Source: a virus
Strand: one strand, 5' to 3'
UHGV virus genome: UHGV-1366603
Length of the DNA stretch: 64,000 nt
Positions 29,177 through 38,782 of the stretch are shown piece after piece. The first letter of the stretch is position 1. Every line of letters starts with the position of its first letter. The position numbers and the translations under genes were made by a program. The notes beneath the pieces are model-generated. The model was not told the DNA's origin and searched no databases. It saw only the letters and a list, made by a program, of their open reading frames with translations.

Positions 29177-32100
29177 ATGGCGAAAGCGGTAAAGAAAATA
29201 CGATTGCATAATCTTAGGCCGTATACCGGTGATATCGGTGAAGGCGTTTTACTTTTCTCCAAGGATGAGAAAGATTATAAGTTACCAGTCCGTGAGGTTA
29301 TTGCAGATATTGACACCGTACGTAATGCGGTGGCTGATGCACAAACAGCAGCAGCGCAATCACAAGAAGCTGCAACTCAGGCTACACAAGCAAAGAATTT
29401 AGCAGAAACAGCAAAACAACAAACTGACACCGTTGCGGCTACGGTTGCTCAACAAGCACAAACCGTAACAGAAAAAGCAACGGAAGTCGGTACAAAACAC
29501 ACTGAAGTGTTAGCCGCGAAAACGGCGGTAGATACCCAGGTTGTGTCCGTTAATGAGAAAGCGCAAGCGGTAGCGGCAAGTGAGGCCAACGTCACGCAAG
29601 CAGAGACTACTGTTACGAAGAAAGCAGAAGCCGTTGCGACACAAGCCGGTCAAGTTGAACAGTCTCTTACGGCAGTTAACGAAGCTGTCGCGTCGGTAGA
29701 GTCGTCAAAAGCCTCTGTAGAAGCTACAGCAACGCAAGTTACCTCGGACAAAGAAACCGCAGAGAATGCGGCAACCCGTTCTGAGGCAGCCGCTAAGCGA
29801 GCAGAAGAAATTGTTGCACAAGGTACTGTTGATGCAACAACGTCCAGTAAAGGTATCGTTAAACTTAATAATACCTTAACCAGTGACTCGGTTACTGAAG
29901 CTGCTACTCCGTCAACGGTTAAGCAGTTAAATGATGATTTGCAGTTAAAAGCAAACCGTCACAACCCAACCTTTACCGGTACGGTAAAAGCACCAACCCC
30001 TGCTGCGGATTCTAACGACACGAGTGTCTCAACGACTGCATGGGTACGACAAGCGATTGCTGAATTAGTGGACTCTTCTCCCGAGACGTTAGATACGTTA
30101 TCAGAAATTGCAGCCGCGTTAGGAAACGATCCTAACTTTGCGACAACGATAACGAATCAGCTCGCGGGTAAACAGCCGTTAAGTCCGTTACTGACAGCGA
30201 TTGCCGCAGTCACCACCGCTGCAAACAAACTCCCTTACTTTACCGGTAGTAATCAGGTAGGGTTAGCGGATTTCACCTCGACCGCACGCGATTTATTAGC
30301 AAAAGGGTCGACGGCCGATATCATTAGCTTCCTGGGTTTGAAAACTACCGTCGATAAAGCTGCGGGGGCGATGCAGCGCAATTCTAATGGTGCAGATATT
30401 CCTGACAAAGCCACCTTCGCGAAGAATATTGGATTGTCAGCAGAGACGTATCTGAAGTTTAATGGGGAGATGGCAGTAGATGCAGATATCAACACCTTCG
30501 GCCCAGTCGAAGCGTTTATGGGTGTTTGGTCTAAAGCCACGTCTACGAATGCAACAATTGCAAAGAACTTCCCGGAAGATGATGCAGTTGGTTACTTAGA
30601 AGTATTCAAAGCAGGTAACTACAGCGGAAGTCAACGTTTTACCATACGTAACGGTAACGTCTATACTCGTCGTTTAACAGGAACCTGGAACGGTACTAAC
30701 GGCCCTTGGTCACCCTGGAGAATGACAACCACCGCGAACCGTCCGCTCTCTACCACTATTGACCTTAACACCTTAGGTGGTGTTGAACACATGGGTCAGT
30801 GGCGTAACTCCAGTTCTTCTCTTGCGACGTTCGATCGTCATTATCCCGAAGAAGGTGGTAATGCTCAAGGTGTGTTAGAAGTAATGGAAGGTGGTCTCTA
30901 CGGACGTATGCAACGTTACACCACTCGTCGTGGTACGATGTATATCCGTGGGTTGACTGCGACTTGGGATGCGTCTAATCCGCAGTGGGAAGACTGGATT
31001 CAAGTTGGGTATCAGGTAGACGGTGCCTACTATAAGGGTAGCTTTAATAACTTAACTAAACCCGGTCGTTTTAGTGTTACCGGTGAGGCTACTGACGGAC
31101 CGTTAACAGGGCCTTCTGGTGAAACTTTGTTAGGTGTCTGTGAAGTCACCCTGCGCTTAGACGGTGTAGGTGTCGAACAAAATTACACCACTTACGGTAC
31201 AGGTGCTATTTATAAAGGTCGTAAGTTCCATCGTATCCGTACGGGGAATGTCTGGAGCGAGTGGCGTGAAGTTTATACGTCTAGTTCATTAGCGATGCTT
31301 TTAGGAATCGGTGGAGTTGCAGCTAAGGTCGATCCGTTGGACTGGCAAACCTACGACTTCGTTCCTGGACAGATGTTAACGACACCGTTGAACACCATGA
31401 AAAACATTCCTGCGGGAATGGATTGGGGTGTGATCAACGGTAACTTAGTTAACATCCTTGTAGGTCCGTCTGACGACACTGGTACCGGCCGCAGTATGCT
31501 GGTTTGGCGTAGCACGGTGTCTACTGCCAACTATCGCTTCTTTGCGGTACGTATCGCCGGTGAGAAGGGTAGTCGTACGATTACACCACGCCAGATGCCT
31601 GTATTGAACGCAGCGCACACCTGGGCAGAGAAACAGACCTTTGCAAAAGGGTTAGCAGGTGAGTTAACAGGCAATGCTTCAACCGCCACTAAATTAAAGA
31701 CGGCACGTAGAATTGGTGGGGTCGCCTTCGACGGTAGCGGCGATGTTAACCTCCCAGGTGTTAACCAACAAGGTAATCAAAACACCACGGGTAACGCCGC
31801 GACAGCCACTAAACTTCAAACTGCCAGAAATATTAACGGTGTGAGATTCGATGGTTCTGCTGACATCAATATCAACACCCTGGTGGGTCGTGGTCGGGTT
31901 ACCGCTCTAACCGGTTCAAACAAAGGTACACCTGGTATTCAAATGTACGAAGTTTACAATAACGGTTATCCAACCGCTTATGGTAACTTACTGCATTTGG
32001 GTGGTGCTACTGCGGTAGGTGAAGGTGAACTGTTAATCGGATGGTCGGGCACGAGTGGTGCGCACGCTCCAGTTTATATTCGTAGTCGACGTGATTCAGC

Positions 32101-33643
32101 GGATGCGCCGTGGTCAGATTGGGCACAAGTTTATACTGCCCGTGACAGTATTCCTGGCGTAAATACCACCGGTAATCAGGATACTACTGGCAATGCCGCT
32201 ACCGCGACGAAACTGAAAACCGCTCGCAGAATCGGCGGCGTTACATTTGACGGTACTGGGGATATCAATTTACCGGGGGTTAACCAAGCCGGTAACCAGA
32301 ATACGTCAGGTAATGCTGCGACAGCGACTAAACTTCAGACTGCGCGAAATATAGGCGGTGTGGCTTTTGATGGTACTAAAGACATCAGTTTACCTGGTGT
32401 AAACCAGACGGGTAATCAGTCGACTACCGGAAACGCAGCCACGGCAACAAAGTTGCAGACAGCGCGTACCATTAACGGTATCGCATTTGACGGTACTAGA
32501 AATATATCGTTAGGGCCTGCCGATATAGGTTGTCCGGCTTCGCCCACTGGTTGGTTGGAGACTGGTAAAGACGGCGGCGCAATAACTACAGCACAGCTAG
32601 TGACGTTATTGCAAAATAACGGCGCGTTTACCACAAAATCATGGGTTGCTCGCTGTGCATGGGCTTATGCTGCTAGTGCGTCCATACCGAACAGCGAGAC
32701 GGGTTGTGGTGTTATTCCGTTAGCTGGGGCTGTTATAGAAGTGATTAGTAACAGCGCAAACAACTACACGATTCGTATAACGACCCCCACAACGGCGAGC
32801 GTCGACGGCGCACTCACTAATGCGGAGTTTATCTACGTAAATAACGGTGATGCTTACTCACCAGGTTGGCGTCGCGCTTACAATACGAGAAACAAGCCTA
32901 CTGCTGCGGATGTTGGGGCGTTGCCATTATCTGGCGGAACAATGACTGGTGTGCTGACGCTGCAAAATGTGAGTCAGCCTCTCAAGACGCCGGGTGGCGG
33001 CATTCTGGCAAATGATGGAAATTTATACATCAATAAGTCAGGATTTGCAGGCTGGATTGATGCGCTGTTTTTGAAGAACAGCGGCGGTACTCTGACTGGC
33101 GGCTTGACTGTTAATGGTAAACTGGTTACGAAGCATCCTGATTTTCGAATCGCTTATGGTAGCTGCGGTTTCATTTTACGTAATGATGGTGCCAATACCT
33201 ATTTCTTAGTAACCGACTCCGGACAAGCCGCAACGGGTTCCTGGAACGGACTACGTCCGTTGTATTTTAATAACTCTAACGGTCAAGTAACCTTTGGTCA
33301 TAACGTTTCTAGCAACGGTAACGGTTCGTTTAACGATGTACAGATTCGTTCTGACCGTCGAAACAAACGTAATCTGGTGAAACTGGATAACGCGTTAGAC
33401 CGTTTAGAAGCGCTTACCGGGTATCTGTACGAGGTTCAACATCCAGACGACGGTTGGAATACCTCAGTGGGTTTAATTGCCCAGGATGCACTCGTTGCGT
33501 TACCTGAATTGGTTACTGAAGACGATGATGCTATTTCTGGTGAAAAACGTTTGCGTTTGAACTATAATGGCGTTATTGCGTTGTTAGTAGAGGGGATGAA
33601 AGCGTTGCGTCAAGAGGTTAACGAAATTAAAGGAAGATCCTAA
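29177..33643 (+). CDS. long tail fibre protein (1488 aa) with C-terminal intramolecular-chaperone (S74-like) domain
   Basis: AELVDSSPETLDTLSEIAAALGNDPNFATT...LPYFTG matches the conserved segment of P2 gpH / lambda Stf side tail fibres; Ala/Thr/Gln-rich coiled-coil N-region; GNAATATKLQTAR repeats; NTYFL...GSWNGLRP motif; C-terminal ...LEALTGYLYEVQ... resembles the self-cleaving chaperone of endosialidase-type fibres. Confidence 0.85.
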   Translation: MAKAVKKIRLHNLRPYTGDIGEGVLLFSKDEKDYKLPVREVIADIDTVRNAVADAQTAAAQSQEAATQATQAKNLAETAKQQTDTVAATVAQQAQTVTEKATEVGTKHTEVLAAKTAVDTQVVSVNEKAQAVAASEANVTQAETTVTKKAEAVATQAGQVEQSLTAVNEAVASVESSKASVEATATQVTSDKETAENAATRSEAAAKRAEEIVAQGTVDATTSSKGIVKLNNTLTSDSVTEAATPSTVKQLNDDLQLKANRHNPTFTGTVKAPTPAADSNDTSVSTTAWVRQAIAELVDSSPETLDTLSEIAAALGNDPNFATTITNQLAGKQPLSPLLTAIAAVTTAANKLPYFTGSNQVGLADFTSTARDLLAKGSTADIISFLGLKTTVDKAAGAMQRNSNGADIPDKATFAKNIGLSAETYLKFNGEMAVDADINTFGPVEAFMGVWSKATSTNATIAKNFPEDDAVGYLEVFKAGNYSGSQRFTIRNGNVYTRRLTGTWNGTNGPWSPWRMTTTANRPLSTTIDLNTLGGVEHMGQWRNSSSSLATFDRHYPEEGGNAQGVLEVMEGGLYGRMQRYTTRRGTMYIRGLTATWDASNPQWEDWIQVGYQVDGAYYKGSFNNLTKPGRFSVTGEATDGPLTGPSGETLLGVCEVTLRLDGVGVEQNYTTYGTGAIYKGRKFHRIRTGNVWSEWREVYTSSSLAMLLGIGGVAAKVDPLDWQTYDFVPGQMLTTPLNTMKNIPAGMDWGVINGNLVNILVGPSDDTGTGRSMLVWRSTVSTANYRFFAVRIAGEKGSRTITPRQMPVLNAAHTWAEKQTFAKGLAGELTGNASTATKLKTARRIGGVAFDGSGDVNLPGVNQQGNQNTTGNAATATKLQTARNINGVRFDGSADININTLVGRGRVTALTGSNKGTPGIQMYEVYNNGYPTAYGNLLHLGGATAVGEGELLIGWSGTSGAHAPVYIRSRRDSADAPWSDWAQVYTARDSIPGVNTTGNQDTTGNAATATKLKTARRIGGVTFDGTGDINLPGVNQAGNQNTSGNAATATKLQTARNIGGVAFDGTKDISLPGVNQTGNQSTTGNAATATKLQTARTINGIAFDGTRNISLGPADIGCPASPTGWLETGKDGGAITTAQLVTLLQNNGAFTTKSWVARCAWAYAASASIPNSETGCGVIPLAGAVIEVISNSANNYTIRITTPTTASVDGALTNAEFIYVNNGDAYSPGWRRAYNTRNKPTAADVGALPLSGGTMTGVLTLQNVSQPLKTPGGGILANDGNLYINKSGFAGWIDALFLKNSGGTLTGGLTVNGKLVTKHPDFRIAYGSCGFILRNDGANTYFLVTDSGQAATGSWNGLRPLYFNNSNGQVTFGHNVSSNGNGSFNDVQIRSDRRNKRNLVKLDNALDRLEALTGYLYEVQHPDDGWNTSVGLIAQDALVALPELVTEDDDAISGEKRLRLNYNGVIALLVEGMKALRQEVNEIKGRS
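31668..31875 (+). repeat. in-frame tandem repeats inside the tail fibre gene (block 1)
   Basis: Two ~120-nt units encoding GNA(S/A)TATKL(K/Q)TAR.I(G/N)GV.FDGS.D(V/I)N. Confidence 0.8.
32187..32515 (+). repeat. in-frame tandem repeats inside the tail fibre gene (block 2)
   Basis: Three ~120-nt units encoding GNAATATKL(K/Q)TAR.I.G(V/I).FDGT.(D/N)I(N/S)LPGVNQ.GNQ.T. Confidence 0.8.
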
Positions 33644-34425
33644 TGGCAGTTGTCGGCGTAGGTGGTTGGATTGGTTCTTCAGCAAAAGCTGAAACTGGTA
33701 ACGATTGGATGTCTGGCGCGATGCGCACACTTGGTGTGCCGGTTCCAGGCTGGATGTCGCAATTGGCGGGAAAATCAAAAGAGGCTCAGTATTCGATCGG
33801 GGCTAATCACAATTACAATAAAGATACGCTTATTAACTATTTACGTTCCATAGGCTCTACTGCTGTCGTTGTGACCATTACAGGGGATTTAGTGTCTTAT
33901 AGTAGCGGGGTTCCTTGTTTAGAGTTCCCTAGCAATCTTCCAAATTCGTATATTACCCTCATCATCAATCCTGGGGTTACAGTATACGGCAGAGGAGGCA
34001 ACGGCGGTTCTAACTCACCAGGCGGTGCAGGTGGAACCGCAATACAGAACGGAATAGGAAACAGACTGCGTATAACCAACCGTGGCGCTATTGCCGGAGG
34101 CGGTGGCGGCGGTGGCGGCGGTAACAGGGGTAGACTAATATTTGGTGGTGGCGGTGGTCGCCCATTCGGTGCTGGTGGGTCTTCCTCTCATATGAGTTCC
34201 GGTGCGGCTGCTGGTACTATTTCCGCTCCTGGTAGAGGATCTGTTGGTGAGGGGTCTCTTAGTGCATATACAGGCGGTTCGGGTGGTAATGTCGGTGCTG
34301 GTGGAGGAAGATGTAATACTCATGGTAACGGTACAGAATATAACGGCGGAGCAGCTGGTAAAGCTGTTACTGGTAATGCGCCAAGATGGGACGCAGTAGG
34401 TGCAATATACGGTTCACGTGTTTAA
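33643..34425 (+). CDS. glycine-rich fibre-tip protein, possible gp38-type adhesin (260 aa)
   Basis: Immediately downstream of the tail fibre; poly-Gly motifs (GGGGGGGGGN, FGGGGGRPFGAGG, GGSGGNVGAGGG) separated by short segments, as in T2-type gp38 adhesins; N-terminus paralogous to the next gene. Confidence 0.45.
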   Translation: MAVVGVGGWIGSSAKAETGNDWMSGAMRTLGVPVPGWMSQLAGKSKEAQYSIGANHNYNKDTLINYLRSIGSTAVVVTITGDLVSYSSGVPCLEFPSNLPNSYITLIINPGVTVYGRGGNGGSNSPGGAGGTAIQNGIGNRLRITNRGAIAGGGGGGGGGNRGRLIFGGGGGRPFGAGGSSSHMSSGAAAGTISAPGRGSVGEGSLSAYTGGSGGNVGAGGGRCNTHGNGTEYNGGAAGKAVTGNAPRWDAVGAIYGSRV

Positions 34426-34441
34426 TTAAAAAGGAGGGTAG

Positions 34442-34954
34442 ATGGGGGTAGCGTCAGGATGGGTCGGATCTTCAGCTAGGAATGAAACTGGCCAACAATG
34501 GATGAGCGCTGCGGGTAGTAAATTAGGATTGGGTAGACCTTTTATGATGAGCCAAATGGTAGGCCGATCTACGGGTTGTAAAATTGCGACCGCTTACTAC
34601 AAAGGGAATCCTCCTGATAAAGTTGAAAACTGGGGGGCCGTAGGTTCAGATTGGCCATTGGCTGAAAAGAACAAAGGCACAATTACTGGTGCTACGAGCT
34701 GTGGTTTAGGTCGTTTAGTGGGGATCGTACTTACGCAAGCTCACTACATTTCTGGTGTTCCACCCACTGCGGCTTTATATATCGCAGGAGGAAGGGCGAG
34801 TAACATTACGGTGACGGTTGGTGGTGTTTCGCAAGCATTTACTTACCATGATGTTATTAACGGTTTTCACTATTATTGGCAAGGAACACCGAGTTCGGCC
34901 TTTATAGCAGCAATGAAGAAAACGGGCGTTACACAAGATTTGAAAGTTCGCTAA
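34442..34954 (+). CDS. fibre-tip/adhesin-like paralog (170 aa)
   Basis: AAGGAGGG RBS; N-terminus MGVASGWVGSSARNETGQQWMSAAG parallels MAVVGVGGWIGSSAKAETGNDWMSGA of the 33643 gene; C-terminal part differs (no poly-Gly). Confidence 0.4.
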   Translation: MGVASGWVGSSARNETGQQWMSAAGSKLGLGRPFMMSQMVGRSTGCKIATAYYKGNPPDKVENWGAVGSDWPLAEKNKGTITGATSCGLGRLVGIVLTQAHYISGVPPTAALYIAGGRASNITVTVGGVSQAFTYHDVINGFHYYWQGTPSSAFIAAMKKTGVTQDLKVR

Positions 34955-35046
34955 CTAATTAGGGGTAAAACGACAACTAAAACTAGTAAAATAAGAGTTC
35001 GTGAATTCGTAATTCAATATTTTTTATAGAAATGCTGATTTATTAG

Positions 35047-35066
35047 AATCGGGGGAGGGGGTGAAA
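35047..35066 (+). repeat. G-rich conserved intergenic element (AATCGGGGGAGGGGGTGA)
   Basis: Near-identical to AATCGGGGGGGGGTGA at 47917; lies in the 162-nt gap upstream of the 35117 gene. Confidence 0.5.
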
Positions 35067-35116
35067 TGTTTTTAGCCAACATTTTACGTCTCCTCAATCA
35101 TAGGAGGTAACCATAC

Positions 35117-35629
35117 GTGGAACAATTCACGCCTGATTTGTCGTTAACTTCACTTAACATGGTTATTTCACTGGTTAACCATGACCTCCAGCTCGACTTG
35201 CAAGAGAACGAGGTTGAAGTCAGCGACGTAAAGACCAGTAACGAAATGGATCGTGACACCACTGCTGTTGTAAAGATAAAACGTCCCGGTAACAGAACGT
35301 TACAAATCTATTACAACCGTTTAACCGCAGAACGTTGGTTAAACCAGCAACCTATTCTGGTGCAAGTAACTGGAGAGGGGTTTAGCACACACGATTTAAT
35401 CGATGCGATTAACGCAGCCTGTGGCAGTAACCTGCAACCCGAAGATCTTCAGGACGATTCATTTACAGTAGGAAAAGACGCTGTAACGTTACAGGTATCA
35501 CCTAACTCCCTAAGTTATAAAGGCCAATTCTCTGTTTTGGTTTTTGGTAACGGCGAAGAAGCCGCAGTAACAAAAGATGACAACCTAATCGTTACCGCAG
35601 ATAATCGCGTCTTAACCTTTGGAGGTTAA
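35117..35629 (+). CDS. hypothetical protein (170 aa); paralog of the 25103 gene
   Basis: GTG start with GGAGGT RBS; shares PDLSLTS, NHD, YYNRL, CGSNLQPEDL, VLTF with the 25103 gene. Confidence 0.7.
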   Translation: MEQFTPDLSLTSLNMVISLVNHDLQLDLQENEVEVSDVKTSNEMDRDTTAVVKIKRPGNRTLQIYYNRLTAERWLNQQPILVQVTGEGFSTHDLIDAINAACGSNLQPEDLQDDSFTVGKDAVTLQVSPNSLSYKGQFSVLVFGNGEEAAVTKDDNLIVTADNRVLTFGG

Positions 35630-35631
35630 CA

Positions 35632-36252
35632 GTGGCTGAACTGGTAGGAAAGGTACGCATTCACGAGCTACCGTCACTTTCAGAAGACATCACTGGTGTG
35701 GTGGTGTTAGCGTCTAAGGAACAAACCGAATATCAACTCCCGATTGAGAATTTAGGGGGCGGCGAGGTTACAGTGAGTCCGTCAGCGAATAACATCCTTA
35801 AGTCTAACAGCGACGGACTGTTTGTTGACGGCGCACATCCTATTGTACCGAAAATGGATGCAAAAACCTTATCGGGAAATATGGTGGTAGAAAAAACGTT
35901 GACAGGCGGTGCAGTAATCTGCAAAACAACAGTTGACGTTAATAATAGACTGGGGGTTTCGCAATTATCTGGAGTGTCAATTTATAGCCAGTGTCTGCTG
36001 GAAAATAAATTGGTTTACCTGGCAGAAGACGGCAGTATTATTGATGCGTACTTCTACATTAGTAATACAAAGACCACAGCCAGTACAATAACCCACACCA
36101 TTCGGGTTGTCTTAGCGAAAGTACCTTCTAAAGTTGTCGATATCACCGATTTATCTGAAACTGAGGTGCAGTACGAGAATGGTAATTTGCCTGTTAAGAT
36201 CGTTATTAAGCATCTTACAGGGACAACACTTTCCCAGAACGGAATGAAATAA
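35632..36252 (+). CDS. fibre-like protein with conserved N-terminal anchor motif (206 aa)
   Basis: GTG start with GGAGG RBS; N-terminus MAELVGKVRIHELPSLSEDITGVVVLASKEQTEYQLPI matches the 25632 and 29177 N-termini. Confidence 0.55.
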   Translation: MAELVGKVRIHELPSLSEDITGVVVLASKEQTEYQLPIENLGGGEVTVSPSANNILKSNSDGLFVDGAHPIVPKMDAKTLSGNMVVEKTLTGGAVICKTTVDVNNRLGVSQLSGVSIYSQCLLENKLVYLAEDGSIIDAYFYISNTKTTASTITHTIRVVLAKVPSKVVDITDLSETEVQYENGNLPVKIVIKHLTGTTLSQNGMK

Positions 36253-36257
36253 ATTTT

Positions 36258-36307
36258 AGGTAGTAGGGGCTAAGCCCCTACTACCTTTCTTTTTTTTTAT
36301 TTTTTCT
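36258..36307 (+). terminator. rho-independent terminator
   Basis: AGGTAGTAGGGG-CTAA-CCCCTACTACCT hairpin followed by a long T-run. Confidence 0.9.
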
Positions 36308-36331
36308 CAGATATATATTACCTAGAGGAGA
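36306..36331 (+). promoter_or_regulatory. conserved promoter-like motif, copy 2 (CTCAGATATATATTACCTAGAGGAGA)
   Basis: Directly after terminator, ~50 nt upstream of ATG 36379. Confidence 0.45.
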
Positions 36332-36378
36332 GCGAAATTTACATTCGCACTATTAGTTATAGCCGAAAGGAGGATTAG

Positions 36379-37230
36379 ATGTATCACCCGTATTATCTCC
36401 CGCACATTCTAGCAAATAGGGACCCTGGTTATTACTACGAACAAACAAAGGGGTCTTTTAATCGACTTTACATTCGCGAATTTAATACCGTCGAAATGAC
36501 GGATGACCAGTATCTGGAGTATCTAAAAGACCTTTACGGTTTTTCAAAATCGAATAAAGGTGACTTTGGACGTTCCGCAGTCATTAGGGTTGGTGAATAT
36601 CGTCATTTGGCTAAGCCTGTTACGTACCCTATTGTTACGCGTGCTTATACATCGGATAGGCAATATATTGCTGAACTAAAATTTCCTTTACGGATAGACG
36701 GGCCTCAAATTAGCGCTATAGAAGTAGAAATTCAACCAATTGCTGAAGACTATATTGAAGACTACTTCAAGAAAGCTAAAGAGGTACTCGAGGAGGGTTT
36801 AAGCTACTCTGAAGAAGGAACGATTTGTCTTCTCTCGTTACTCTCGAAGACTTATGTCACAGCAAATTTCCGTATCTCCGATTCTAGTAACTACAATACA
36901 CTTACTCCCTCTAAGACAAAACCGGTTTATTGGGACGATCGGTTAGTCGACAGACACCGTTGGCTTACTATCTTAGATAAAGTAAAATTCGAACCCCCTA
37001 AACACACCGAAGACAACTTTATTTTATTACACAACTTCGAACCGATCTATATCCCGACGCATTTTGAACAAGCCTTACGTCATCGATTGAAGTATGTGTT
37101 GGAATTACGGTACGGGAAGATAAACGGACTAACCTGTTCTGGTGAATTGAGTGAAGAAGAACGCGAGAAGATAAAAATCGTGTTTGATAAGTTGGTTGAA
37201 GATTACATTAAGAAGGAAGGACAATTATGA
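36379..37230 (+). CDS. hypothetical protein (283 aa)
   Basis: GAAAGGAGG RBS before ATG 36379. Confidence 0.75.
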   Translation: MYHPYYLPHILANRDPGYYYEQTKGSFNRLYIREFNTVEMTDDQYLEYLKDLYGFSKSNKGDFGRSAVIRVGEYRHLAKPVTYPIVTRAYTSDRQYIAELKFPLRIDGPQISAIEVEIQPIAEDYIEDYFKKAKEVLEEGLSYSEEGTICLLSLLSKTYVTANFRISDSSNYNTLTPSKTKPVYWDDRLVDRHRWLTILDKVKFEPPKHTEDNFILLHNFEPIYIPTHFEQALRHRLKYVLELRYGKINGLTCSGELSEEEREKIKIVFDKLVEDYIKKEGQL

Positions 37231-37670
37231 AACCAAATTCTACTAACGGCATTATGTTACTTTGTGATTCTGAAACGTTAGCAAATCGTATTCGTGGTTT
37301 GATGGAAGTACGTTGGAAGCAAAAGGTTCGCGTGGATTACGCTGCTCCGTTTGTTCACGTTACTTGGTTACCAGAAGCTAGTGATTTCAAAGAAAGTATA
37401 ACCACGAGAAGAATTAAAGAATGGTTATCGGCAATCATTAATAAACAGATTACCGTTATCAATTTCCAACTTTTCGGGACTACTGAAGAACATGAAATCT
37501 TGAAACAGTGTTTAAGAGCGTTGGCTGTTTCCTTTTCTGTTCGTGGTAGCTGCTACACGGCTTACTTTATCGGTTCACTTGAACTGTTTAAGAATACGCT
37601 AATGCTTCAGCTAAAAGAAGACTACAAACTTTTAAATAAAATCGATTTTGAATTTCCAGGTATGATTTAA
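37227..37670 (+). CDS. hypothetical protein (147 aa)
   Basis: ATGA overlap with upstream stop. Confidence 0.7.
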   Translation: MKPNSTNGIMLLCDSETLANRIRGLMEVRWKQKVRVDYAAPFVHVTWLPEASDFKESITTRRIKEWLSAIINKQITVINFQLFGTTEEHEILKQCLRALAVSFSVRGSCYTAYFIGSLELFKNTLMLQLKEDYKLLNKIDFEFPGMI

Positions 37671-37680
37671 GGAGTATAAA

Positions 37681-38208
37681 ATGCATCAGAAATTAATGAC
37701 TAGTAACAAAGTTCTCCGTTTTAACCAACGTGAGTTAGAAGTTAGCGGAGAACGAATTGGTCGAGTTCGTAATCTTTTAACTGTGTTAGGTTTGGTCGGC
37801 GTTACATTTACATACACAGGTAAAATTCTTTACGCGACCTGGGCTTCATGCGAAAGTGACGCTACCTACGATAAAATTCTCGATGGTATTAAAGACGACT
37901 CAGTTTATTGTAATGTTTTCCGTGGCGTTTCGTACATCGTTGGTGATAAGTTAATGGATAAACTGAACGCCAAATACGGAGACGGTATTATCACCACCGT
38001 CTTCTTTGGTGGCGATATGCTAATCGTAACGAAAAAGGAAATTAGTCTGGAACTTCAAAGTGATATAAACTACGAACTTCAGATTGGCCCACAATTTAGC
38101 TGTAGAATTAATGTTGTTGTCGGTAAAGATGATTTCTACGATGAAGACGAGTCAGTAGAAATTCGAAAAATTGCGAGTCGCTACATGGATTCTATTTTCC
38201 GTAGTTAA
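37681..38208 (+). CDS. hypothetical protein (175 aa)
   Basis: AAGGAG RBS before ATG 37681. Confidence 0.7.
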   Translation: MHQKLMTSNKVLRFNQRELEVSGERIGRVRNLLTVLGLVGVTFTYTGKILYATWASCESDATYDKILDGIKDDSVYCNVFRGVSYIVGDKLMDKLNAKYGDGIITTVFFGGDMLIVTKKEISLELQSDINYELQIGPQFSCRINVVVGKDDFYDEDESVEIRKIASRYMDSIFRS

Positions 38209-38264
38209 TAATCAAAAAGGGCTGTAAGTCCCCCACATAGTGTAAACCCCTAAAGGAGCATTAA

Positions 38265-38780
38265 ATGTCTGTAACAATCAACATGAATCTTTATACCAAA
38301 CGTGAACGTCAAATCTTGGCTAATCAGCCAGGCGTTACTACTATCGACGGTAAACCTATCGACCCATTAAAAGTCGTTGTCGCACACAACTGTTTCGAGA
38401 AAGACTGGGACATCATGTATTTCCGTTGCCGTTCTGTCGCCAACGCACTTACCCAGCTCTCTAACTATCATCCCGGTCCAGTATTAAAAGACTGGGTTTG
38501 GTTAGTCCCTAAAACACCTTCAGCGATTGAGTATCCGTCGGGTATGGTCTATATTCGTCCTGTCGCTTATCCAGAACGTTTAAAAGAATATCTGGAGGTT
38601 ATCTGGGACCGACCTCGTAAAGAGCTGGTGACGATTATCCGTTTACTTCAAATGTGCGATATCCCCAATGTTTCGAATCTGAAACTTACGTCTCGCGATG
38701 TTAACCAGGCTTACTGGGAACTGGAGTGGACTGAACCGAAATTCGAAAACACTAACCGCATCTTCTTGCACCGGGGGTAA
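38265..38780 (+). CDS. hypothetical protein (171 aa)
   Basis: AAAGGAG RBS before ATG 38265. Confidence 0.7.
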   Translation: MSVTINMNLYTKRERQILANQPGVTTIDGKPIDPLKVVVAHNCFEKDWDIMYFRCRSVANALTQLSNYHPGPVLKDWVWLVPKTPSAIEYPSGMVYIRPVAYPERLKEYLEVIWDRPRKELVTIIRLLQMCDIPNVSNLKLTSRDVNQAYWELEWTEPKFENTNRIFLHRG

Positions 38781-38782
38781 AA

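Noticed and set aside
26750..33853. Numerous 60-100-codon antisense or out-of-frame ORFs inside the 1001-aa and tail fibre genes
   Set aside because: Embedded within long, motif-supported ORFs; no RBS and no conservation signal.
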